DNA of 64,000 nucleotides from an uncultured Desulfobacterales bacterium (GTDB taxonomy: Bacteria > Desulfobacterota > DSM-4660 > Desulfatiglandales > HGW-15), in assembly GCA_964443135.1 (NCBI GenBank), contig CAYUBQ010000003.1:62174-126173 (forward strand), in the 5' to 3' direction. Numbering within the stretch: position 1 is the stretch's first letter; the number at the start of each line of letters is the position of its first letter. The notes under the pieces are model-generated. The model had not been told where the DNA came from. It did no database searches and saw only the letters and a list, made by a program, of their open reading frames with translations. The position numbers were made by a program, and so were the translations under genes. This document shows positions 9,980 through 17,539 of the stretch, one piece after another.

Positions 9980-11236
9980 TCAGCCCTTCTTCTCTCTCAT
10001 CTCAGCGGCCAGACGCCGGATCTCCTGGAGATCCCGGACCATCTCGCTCCAGCCGTACCAGAGGGTGTAGTCCGGGTTCATGTGAAAGGCGCCCTGGAAC
10101 GTCCGCATGCGGTGCTTGAGGAACATCAGGAACAGCTTGTTCTCCACCACCGTGGGGGCGTCGTGGAAGGTCAGGAGATCGGGGTATGCGTAGGCATAAT
10201 GCTCCGGCTTCTCGAGCAGGCCCTCGTCGTACAGGGAGGCCACGATGCGGATCGCCTCCGCCATCAGGTGGTCCGCCTCCCGGATCATGGCGTCCCCCTT
10301 TTGGAGCTCGGTCTTCACCATCTCCTCGGAGTGACACCCGCTGCAGATGTCGATCATCCCGGTCCGCTCCTTCTGCCAGGCCTCTTCGGTCAGCTTGGCC
10401 ACCCGGGCCTGCTTGACCACCTCCAGCCGGTCGGTGGGCTTGCCGTCCGGACCCAGCACGCCGAGCCCCTGGAGGATGGTCGTGCGGTCCTCGGCCCACT
10501 GCTCGTCCTCGGGCATGGGCAGCCGGACCGCCAGGAACCCCCAGGCCGTGTCGTTCTCGTGCGTGCCCTCGGGCAGGTGGCAGGTCTGGCATTTGGGCGC
10601 CGACACCGTGTCGGCGAGCACGCCTTTCTGAGAGAGCAGGTAGCGGACGCCGTGCTTGGAGGACTCGTACATCTCCCACTGGGGGTGATCGATCCCCATG
10701 TGGCAGGTACGGCACGCCTCGGGTTCCGAGGCCTCCTTGACGGAGAAGAGGTGCCGCGTGTGGCAGGAGTCGCAGGAGGCTGACCCGTACTTCACCCCCT
10801 TGTCGCGGAGGTCCTGGATCTCTTTGTCGGACTTGAGGCCGATCTTGTGGCAGCCCGTACAGCCCTTCTGCCCCTCCAGGAGCGCCATGGGCTGCCAGTG
10901 GGTGGTGGGCATGGCGTTGGCCGAGGCCCAGGCCAGGGAGTGCTTGCCGGCCTTGAACTGCTCCACCTGCTCCGCGTGGCAGCCCTCGCAGGTTTTCCAG
11001 GTCGCGAGCCGGGCCTTGTCCGTGTCCTCGGGCGACGTGTGTTCGTCGCCGTGGCAGGCGCTGCAGGTGACGTCGTTGGCGGCGTGCGCGCTCATCTCCC
11101 AGTCGGTGACGATTCCGGGGGTGTGGGATCGGTGGCACGCCTCGCACGGGGTCTCGGCCGCCGCAGCGGGAGCGGCCCACCAGGCCAGCATCGCCGTCAG
11201 GCAAAGAATCGCGGGTCCTCTCACGGCTTCCTCCAT
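9980..11236 (-). CDS. Octahaem c-type cytochrome, hydroxylamine-oxidoreductase (HAO) family
   Basis: Signal peptide plus eight CxxCH motifs (CEACH, CSACH, CEGCH, CTGCH, CDSCH, CRTCH, CQTCH, CSGCH). The 418-aa size is typical of short HAO-like proteins. Confidence 0.85.
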   Translation of the reverse strand: MEEAVRGPAILCLTAMLAWWAAPAAAAETPCEACHRSHTPGIVTDWEMSAHAANDVTCSACHGDEHTSPEDTDKARLATWKTCEGCHAEQVEQFKAGKHSLAWASANAMPTTHWQPMALLEGQKGCTGCHKIGLKSDKEIQDLRDKGVKYGSASCDSCHTRHLFSVKEASEPEACRTCHMGIDHPQWEMYESSKHGVRYLLSQKGVLADTVSAPKCQTCHLPEGTHENDTAWGFLAVRLPMPEDEQWAEDRTTILQGLGVLGPDGKPTDRLEVVKQARVAKLTEEAWQKERTGMIDICSGCHSEEMVKTELQKGDAMIREADHLMAEAIRIVASLYDEGLLEKPEHYAYAYPDLLTFHDAPTVVENKLFLMFLKHRMRTFQGAFHMNPDYTLWYGWSEMVRDLQEIRRLAAEMREKKG

Positions 11237-11267
11237 GGTCTGCGGGCGTTCGCCGTCCGGGGCGGGG

Positions 11268-11591
11268 TCACCTGAGCTCGGCGTACATCTCCCCGCCGGT
11301 GCAGCGGATGTAGAGGTCCGCGTCCCCGAACGGGATGATCTTCTCCGTCACGTCCACGTCGATGGTGCCCTCCCCCAGGACGGTCTCGTTGACCACGGCG
11401 CGGTACTTCGCCTGGCAGTCGTCGTTTTGGATGTGCAGGAACACATCGCCCCTGCGGCTCTGAAAGATGGCGAAGGTGTGGTTTGGGATCCGCTTGGTCT
11501 CTGCGAAAACCGCCGCCGGGGGCAGGACCAGGAGGGACAGGAGCAGGGCGCCCAGGACCAGCACGCAGGACGGTTTTTTCCATCTCTTCAT
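11268..11591 (-). CDS. Small secreted protein of unknown function
   Basis: MKRWKKPSCVLVLGALLLSLLVLPPAAVFA is a signal peptide and is followed by a roughly 80-aa domain. The gene lies immediately upstream of the HAO-like gene. Confidence 0.55.
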   Translation of the reverse strand: MKRWKKPSCVLVLGALLLSLLVLPPAAVFAETKRIPNHTFAIFQSRRGDVFLHIQNDDCQAKYRAVVNETVLGEGTIDVDVTEKIIPFGDADLYIRCTGGEMYAELR

Positions 11592-11723
11592 GGGAATGCC
11601 TCCTTGCCGGGATTGTTGCAGGCCTTTTCCGTACATCTTTTCACGGTTCGGAACGCCGTGCCATGGGGTGAATCGTGTATTCGGTCCGGGCCCGGCCCGT
11701 CAAGGCCCCCGGGTGACGCGTCA

Positions 11724-11972
11724 GGGTTTCACCCGGACCGTGGCCCGGGCCTCGCCGATCTCGACGACCGGCACGGTCCCGATCTCCACGAGATCGGCCA
11801 CGGACTGCGGCAGCTTCCGGTAGTTCAGGGTCGCCTCGATCCTGAGCTCGCCTTCCGGGGCCTTCTCCGGGACGTTCCACTCGTAGATCTCGGTGCGCGC
11901 TTTCAGGGGATCGAGGCGCAGGTTGAACCACGAATGCGGTCCATGGAATGGGGCCGATCCCCCATTCGACCG
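11724..11972 (-). pseudogene. Start-less open frame with protein-like composition (possible 3' gene remnant)
   Basis: The frame reads ...HSWFNLRLDPLKARTEIYEWNVPEKAPEGELRIEATLNYRKLPQSVADLVEIGTVPVVEIGEARATVRVKP-stop. It has no ATG/GTG/TTG near its 5' end and is bounded upstream by TGA. Confidence 0.3.
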
Positions 11973-12136
11973 TCATGCGGGCCGTATTCGGCCGTCTACT
12001 GCCGTTTGCTCCAAGAGGTAGGGATCGAACCCATTCTCAGAGGAGGGGGTGATGGCGTATGGATGGGGGACGCCATCGAGAACGCACAGCCCGCCTCTGC
12101 CGTCCAACCGGGGTAGGGGCTCCCAGGAGGAAAGGC

Positions 12137-12652
12137 ATGCCTCAGCACTCCGTGTTCTCCGCCGCCCAGCTGATGGAGATGGCCGTCCGAATCGAGGAGC
12201 ACGGCCGGGCGTTCTACGAGGCCTGCCTGTCCGAGCCGATCGACGGGAAATCCAGGGAGCTCTTCCGGTACCTCCTGGACCAGGAGCGGGAGCACGCCCG
12301 CCTGTTCTCCCGCATGAAGGAGGAGGCGGACGGCGACGAACCCCTGCCGGAGAGCTACCCCGGGGAGCTCGAGAGCTACATGGAAGCGTTCACCGCCGGA
12401 GCGGTCTTCGACGATCCGGAGCGTGCCTCTCGGCGGGTCCGGGAGCTCCAAGGACCCCTCGGGATCCTGGAGGCTGCGCTCGATTTCGAGAAGAAGTCCA
12501 TCCTGTTCTACTCGGGCATGAAGACCCTGGTGAGGCGGTCCGACGTGGACCGGGTGGATCGGGTCATGGCGGAGGAGCACGACCACGTCCGCCGGCTGCT
12601 GGCCCTCCGCCGGGAGGTCGAAGCGTCGGGGAGAGGAGTGGAACCCTCATGA
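12137..12652 (+). CDS. Ferritin-like diiron (rubrerythrin-N-domain-like) protein
   Basis: Four ExxH/E motifs (IEEHGRAF, QEREHARLF, DFEKKSILFY, AEEHDHVRRL). AGGAGGAAAGG RBS. Its stop overlaps the next start (ATGA). Confidence 0.75.
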   Translation: MPQHSVFSAAQLMEMAVRIEEHGRAFYEACLSEPIDGKSRELFRYLLDQEREHARLFSRMKEEADGDEPLPESYPGELESYMEAFTAGAVFDDPERASRRVRELQGPLGILEAALDFEKKSILFYSGMKTLVRRSDVDRVDRVMAEEHDHVRRLLALRREVEASGRGVEPS

Positions 12653-13719
12653 TGCGCGCCCGGAGCCTGCCGTCCCATCGCGTGATCTCCTCCGCAGGGT
12701 TTCTCGATCTCACCTCGAGGATCATGGAAACCGGCCCGGTCATGGGACCCATGGAGCGGCCGGACCAGCCCGGATTTCACCTGTTCGACATCCTGCGCCG
12801 GCCCGAGGACCTCGTCCTTCGGTACACCACGACCACCATGCCTCCCAAAAAGGCCTTTTTCCCACCCACGGAAACGGTGTTTCGGTTCACCACCGGCGAT
12901 CCCCCCAATCTCGAGCCCGTCCGGGGCGACCCGCCCCGGGTCCTTCTGGGGGTGCATCCCTGCGACCTCTCGGCTGTCGACGCCCTGGATCGGGCGTACA
13001 GCTTCCCGCCCCCGGACCGAAGGTGGCTGCACAACCGCAGCCGGTCGGTCATCGTGGGGGTGGACTGCTTCCCGGACGAGTACTGCTTCTGCGACTCCCT
13101 GGGCGTGTCCCAGGCCCGGAGGCCGTGCGACCTTTTTCTGACGGAGATCGAACGCGGCTACCTGGTGGAGATTTACACCGAGGCGGGCGGGGAGCTGCTG
13201 GCCGATGCGGCAACCTCCGAGGCGCAGGGGCAGGACTTCCTCGAAGCGGAGGACCGGCGGAGACAGAAGAACCTGGGCTTCCGGGGGCGGCTGGAGGCGG
13301 ACCCGGACCGGCTGGCGGATTTCCTGGAGGCAGGGACTTTCCGGGAGATCTGGGAGGAGATCGCATCCCGGTGCTACAGCTGCGGGTCCTGCAACACCAC
13401 CTGCCCGGCCTGCTTCTGCTTCACCATGGACGACGTGTTCGACTGGGACCTCCAGAGCGGCGAGAGGCGCCGTGCGTGGGATGCCTGCCAGCTGCTGGAC
13501 TTCGCCGCCGTGGCCGGCGGCCACCGGTTCCGGGGGGAACGGTGGCAGCGGGTCCGTCACCGGTGGCACCGCAAGTTCCTCTACCTCCACCGAAGGTTCG
13601 GCCGCCCGTTCTGCACGGGCTGCGGGCGGTGCAGCAGGGCGTGCACGGCGGACATCAACATACTGGACGAGACCAATCGGATCATCGCAGCCGCCACGAA
13701 GGGAAGAGCTCATGGGTGA
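12649..13719 (+). CDS. hydB: Hydrogenase-associated Fe-S subunit (sulfhydrogenase beta / AsrA-like)
   Basis: Cys clusters CYSCGSCNTTCPACFC and CTGCGRCSRACTADI. Its position is first in a B-G-D-A gene order. Confidence 0.85.
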   Translation: MMRARSLPSHRVISSAGFLDLTSRIMETGPVMGPMERPDQPGFHLFDILRRPEDLVLRYTTTTMPPKKAFFPPTETVFRFTTGDPPNLEPVRGDPPRVLLGVHPCDLSAVDALDRAYSFPPPDRRWLHNRSRSVIVGVDCFPDEYCFCDSLGVSQARRPCDLFLTEIERGYLVEIYTEAGGELLADAATSEAQGQDFLEAEDRRRQKNLGFRGRLEADPDRLADFLEAGTFREIWEEIASRCYSCGSCNTTCPACFCFTMDDVFDWDLQSGERRRAWDACQLLDFAAVAGGHRFRGERWQRVRHRWHRKFLYLHRRFGRPFCTGCGRCSRACTADINILDETNRIIAAATKGRAHG

Positions 13720-14581
13720 GACGGGAAAACGGGGGGCGCCCACCGCCGACTGGACCTACCTGCCCGAGCCGGCCCGGATCGTTTCGATTCGACGGGAGGC
13801 GGTGGACGCCGTGATCGAGCTGGAGCGGGCCGATCGCCGCTCCCTTGGGCACAAGCCGGGTCAGTTCGTCCAGGTGTCCGTGTTCGGCTACGGGGAGATC
13901 CCCATCTCCATCTGCTCCTCGCCGACCCGCACCGACCGGTTCAAGCTCTGCGTCCGCCCGGTCGGACGCGTGAGCAACGCGCTGTACAACGCCCCGGAGG
14001 GCGGGTGGGTCGGTATCCGGGGGCCCTTCGGCCGGGGGTTTCCCATCCGAACCATGCGGAACCGGGACGTTCTGGCCGTGGCCGGCGGCTTCGGCCTGGC
14101 GCCCCTGCGATCCCTGATCCAGTACGTGCGGGACAACCGGGAGGCCTACGGGCGGCTCATCGTGGTGTACGGGGCCAGGAACCCCTCCCTGATCCTGTTC
14201 CGGAACGACGTCGAGACGTGGGGCCGGGAGGGGGATGTGGAGATGTTTCTCACCGTGGACGAGGCCGACGAGTCCTGGACCGGAAGGACCGGGGTGCTGA
14301 CGGAGCCCCTCGAGAAGGAGATCGAGCTCGCTCCCCGGTCGACCGTGGCCGCCGTGGTCGGTCCCCCGGTCATGTTCCGGTTCGTGGCCGCGGGGCTCCT
14401 GGCCAAGGGCATGAACCGGCGGCGGATCTTCTTCTCCCTGGAACGCCGGTTCGAGTGCGGGATCGGCAAGTGCGGCCACTGCCAGCTCAACGGGGTGTAC
14501 GTCTGCCAGGACGGGCCGGTGTTCCGCTACTCGGACCTGGCGGGGTTCAGCGAGGCGGTCGAGGCCCGGGCCCCGGAGTGA
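13712..14581 (+). CDS. hydG: Hydrogenase FAD/NAD(P)-binding subunit with C-terminal 2Fe-2S motif (sulfhydrogenase gamma / AsrB-like)
   Basis: FNR-like motifs (GQFVQVS, AGGFGLAPL) and a C-terminal CGIGKCGHCQ motif. Overlaps hydB by 8 nt. Confidence 0.88.
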   Translation: MGETGKRGAPTADWTYLPEPARIVSIRREAVDAVIELERADRRSLGHKPGQFVQVSVFGYGEIPISICSSPTRTDRFKLCVRPVGRVSNALYNAPEGGWVGIRGPFGRGFPIRTMRNRDVLAVAGGFGLAPLRSLIQYVRDNREAYGRLIVVYGARNPSLILFRNDVETWGREGDVEMFLTVDEADESWTGRTGVLTEPLEKEIELAPRSTVAAVVGPPVMFRFVAAGLLAKGMNRRRIFFSLERRFECGIGKCGHCQLNGVYVCQDGPVFRYSDLAGFSEAVEARAPE

Positions 14582-14658
14582 GAGACGGGAACCGTTGGAC
14601 GGCCGGCCGCGGGGGCTTACGGCGGTCTTCGGGAACGGAACGGTGGGAAGGGAGGACC

Positions 14659-15468
14659 ATGAAAGGAGACAAACCGCGAATCGCGTTCTTCGACTTCGCC
14701 TGCTGCGAGGGGTGCCAGCTGACCGTCCTCCAGCTGGAGGAGGCCCTGCTGGATCTGCTGGAGCACGTGGAGGTGGTCGCCTGGCGGGAGGCCATGAGCG
14801 GCGGATCGGACGACTACGACATCGCGTTCTGCGAGGGGAGCGTCTCCACCCGGAAGGACGAGGAGCGCATCCGGAGAATCCGGGAGACGGCGGAGACGGT
14901 GGTCGCCCTGGGGACCTGCGCGAGCATCGGCTGTCACAACGCGCTCAAGAACCGGTGGAGCGGGGAGGAGGTGCTGGAGCTGGTCTACGGGGAGGAGGCC
15001 GGTGGCTTCGAGACCCTGCCCGCCCGGCCCGTGGCCGGGGTGGTGCCGGTGGACTACCGGATCCTCGGCTGTCCCGCCAGCCTTCCCGAGATCGAGACCG
15101 TGTTCAAGCGGATCCTCACCGGCCAGCCCCATCCCCTTCCCAACGACCCGGTCTGCGTGGAGTGCAAGCGAAACGACCATCTGTGCGTTCTCGAGAAAGG
15201 CGTCATGTGCCTGGGACCGGTGACCCGCTGCGGCTGCGACGCGATCTGCACGGCCTACGGCGACGCGTGCCAGGGGTGCCGGGGCCTCGTGGACCAGGCC
15301 AACCTGGAGGCGGCGGTCCGGGTGCTCACCTCGGACCACCGCCACGCCATCATGGACGCCGTGGCCCGCCGGCTTCGGGCGGACCCGGAGCGGATCCGCA
15401 CCTGGTTCTCCCTGTACAACGGCCCGGACCTTCGGGTGGAACAGGAGACGACCGAGCATGGTTCGTGA
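14659..15468 (+). CDS. hydD: [NiFe]-hydrogenase small (delta) subunit
   Basis: N-terminal FDFACCEGCQ, a GTCASIGC motif and distal Cys clusters. 269 aa with no Tat signal, consistent with a cytoplasmic enzyme. Confidence 0.88.
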   Translation: MKGDKPRIAFFDFACCEGCQLTVLQLEEALLDLLEHVEVVAWREAMSGGSDDYDIAFCEGSVSTRKDEERIRRIRETAETVVALGTCASIGCHNALKNRWSGEEVLELVYGEEAGGFETLPARPVAGVVPVDYRILGCPASLPEIETVFKRILTGQPHPLPNDPVCVECKRNDHLCVLEKGVMCLGPVTRCGCDAICTAYGDACQGCRGLVDQANLEAAVRVLTSDHRHAIMDAVARRLRADPERIRTWFSLYNGPDLRVEQETTEHGS

Positions 15469-16774
15469 AGCGAACATCCACGTGCATCACCTGACCCGCG
15501 TGGAAGGCCACGGCGACATCACGGCCGTGATCCAGGGCGGCGAGCTGAAGGAGGTGCGGTTCTCGGTGGTGGAGGCCCCTCGCTTTTTCGAGGCCTTCCT
15601 GCGGGGTAGGTCCTACGACGAGGTGGCCCACCTGGCCTCCCGCATCTGCGGCATCTGCGCGGTGAGCCACCGGGCGGCCGCGCTGAAGGCCGTCGAGTCG
15701 GCGTTCGGCGTGCGGATCTCCGACCAGTCCGTGCTGTTGCGGCGGCTCGCCTTCCACGGGGAGGTCCTGAGCAGCCACGTCCTCCACCTCTACTTTCTCG
15801 CGGCCCCTGATTTCATGGGTGTCCCCAGCATCCTCCACCTGGCCGGCACCGACCGGGAGACGGTCCAGCGGGCCATGCGGCTGAAACGGATGGCCTACGA
15901 TCTCTGCAGGGAGGTGGTGGGCCGGCACACCCACCCGGTGGCCATGAACGCGGGTGGGTTCCCCTTTGTCCACGACGAGTCGGGGCTCCTGCGCATGAAG
16001 GAGCGGTTGGTCGAGGCGGTGGAGGACGTGCGGGAGACGGTGTCGCTCTTCCAGGGGCTGTCGCTTCCGTCCTTCGAACGGGAGACGGAGTCCGTGTCGT
16101 TGAAGCACCCGGCCGTCTACCCGTTTTACGAGGGCGACCTCTTCTCGAGCGAGAGCGGTTCCCTGGCCCCGGACTCCTACCGGGAGGCCGTGCGGGAGTA
16201 CGTCCAGCCGCACTCCACGGCCAAGTACGCCCGCTGGAACCGGCCCGAGTACATGGTCGGGGCCCTGTCCAGGGTGAACAACAACCGGGATCTGCTGGGC
16301 CCCCTCGCCCTGGAGGCGGCGGATCGGCTGGGCCTGGAGAGCCCCTGTCACAACCCCTTCATGAACAACGCCGCACAGGTCGTGGAGTGCGCCCACTGCC
16401 TGGAAGAGTCCGTGGTCATCATCGATCAGCTGCTCGAAACCGGGCTCCGTCCCGAGGACGAGGAGGCCGAGGTCCGGCCCTGCGCGGGCCGGGGGGTGGG
16501 CGCGGTGGAGGCCCCCCGGGGGACGCTGTTTCACGAGTACGCCTTCGACGGGGAGGGACGGTGCCTGGAGGCGAACCTGGTGATCCCCACCGCCCAGAAC
16601 CTGGGGAACATCGAGGCGGACCTGAAGGCGTACACGCCGGGACTGGTGGACCGGGAGGAATCGGCCATCGAGCAGGCTCTCGAAATCCTGGTCCGGGCCT
16701 ACGACCCGTGCATCTCCTGCTCGACCCACGTGATTCGACTGGATCGGGAGCCGTCAATCCCTTCAATCCCTTGA
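15458..16774 (+). CDS. hydA: [NiFe]-hydrogenase large (alpha) subunit, cytoplasmic group-3b-like
   Basis: N-terminal RICGICAVSH motif and C-terminal DPCISCSTH, followed by a 14-aa tail (VIRLDREPSIPSIP). Overlaps hydD by 11 nt. Confidence 0.93.
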   Translation: MVREANIHVHHLTRVEGHGDITAVIQGGELKEVRFSVVEAPRFFEAFLRGRSYDEVAHLASRICGICAVSHRAAALKAVESAFGVRISDQSVLLRRLAFHGEVLSSHVLHLYFLAAPDFMGVPSILHLAGTDRETVQRAMRLKRMAYDLCREVVGRHTHPVAMNAGGFPFVHDESGLLRMKERLVEAVEDVRETVSLFQGLSLPSFERETESVSLKHPAVYPFYEGDLFSSESGSLAPDSYREAVREYVQPHSTAKYARWNRPEYMVGALSRVNNNRDLLGPLALEAADRLGLESPCHNPFMNNAAQVVECAHCLEESVVIIDQLLETGLRPEDEEAEVRPCAGRGVGAVEAPRGTLFHEYAFDGEGRCLEANLVIPTAQNLGNIEADLKAYTPGLVDREESAIEQALEILVRAYDPCISCSTHVIRLDREPSIPSIP

Positions 16775-16798
16775 GATCAGGAAGAAAGGAGGCCCACC

Positions 16799-16984
16799 AT
16801 GAAGGAGAGCCAGGAAACCGGCGAGCCCGAGGAGAGAGACGCCCTCTGCCCGGAGTGCGGCCACGCGTTCAAGGCCTACGTGGATCGCATCGTCCCCGAC
16901 GGCAAGGAGAGCGAGATGCGGGAAAAGATCGACTGCCCGGTCTGCGGCTGTGGGGAGTGCAACGTGGTGCAGCCGGGGACCTAG
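16799..16984 (+). CDS. Small zinc-ribbon protein
   Basis: 61 aa with CPEC...CPVCGCGEC. A strong AAAGGAGG RBS is present, 24 nt after the hydA stop. Confidence 0.55.
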   Translation: MKESQETGEPEERDALCPECGHAFKAYVDRIVPDGKESEMREKIDCPVCGCGECNVVQPGT

Positions 16985-17175
16985 CCGGCCGGGTCGGTGG
17001 GGGTGCCGTACCTTCCGTCCGGATCGAAAATACCGTCGCGACCCCATTCTCAGGGAGAGTGGGAAGACGTAGGATGAGGGTCGATATCCGACGAGCGGAT
17101 CCGATCCCTGCGGCGGACGCCGGCTGCAGGCCGCGTCGGAGCTCCCGAAAACCATTGAACGGAAAGGAGGCAGGC

Positions 17176-17397
17176 ATGGCAGGACCGACCACACCCGTAC
17201 ATTGCCCCGGGTTCGACAGCTTCAAGCACCTGAAATCCTTCGTCTGCAAGTGCCCCAACTGCGGAACGGAAAAGGAGATTTTCTCGGACGAGTTCGAGCG
17301 GATCCACACCTGCAGCAACTGCAAGCAGGAGATCGATTTCACCCAGTGCAGCATCGAGGGGGAGGGGGGCTCGCCCGAGAGCTTCGAGAAGAGCTAG
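17176..17397 (+). CDS. Small Cys-rich zinc-ribbon protein
   Basis: MAGPTTPVHCPGFDSFKHLKSFVCKCPNCGTEKEIFSDEFERIHTCSNCKQEIDF... with an AAAGGAGG RBS. Confidence 0.6.
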   Translation: MAGPTTPVHCPGFDSFKHLKSFVCKCPNCGTEKEIFSDEFERIHTCSNCKQEIDFTQCSIEGEGGSPESFEKS

Positions 17398-17465
17398 CTT
17401 CCATCAGGAGGCGGTCCTTTTCGTCCGCGCTTCCCCCGGGACGCCAACCCGCCTCGAACTGAAAA

Positions 17466-17504
17466 CCGGCCGCGGCGGCCCGATTTCCGATCCGCCGCGG
17501 CCGG
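17466..17504. terminator. Hairpin terminator between convergent genes
   Basis: CCGGCCGCGGCGG-loop-CCGCCGCGGCCGG forms a 13-bp stem, followed by TTT on the plus strand and preceded by AAAA. Confidence 0.55.
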
Positions 17505-17539
17505 TTTCGTCTCGTTGCCCTCCCTTCCGGTTCCGAAGG

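Noticed and set aside
12021-12032. GGGATCGAACCC, the reverse complement of a tRNA T-arm-like GGGTTCGATCCC
   Set aside because: Reading the minus strand gives no matching acceptor 5' strand, D-arm or anticodon arm within 80 nt, and no CCA context. It may at most be a tRNA-derived fragment.
16700-16774. Possibility that the hydrogenase is a NiFeSe enzyme, given the Sec-containing Prx nearby
   Set aside because: The C-terminal motif reads DPCISCSTH with ordinary Cys codons, and there is no in-frame TGA.
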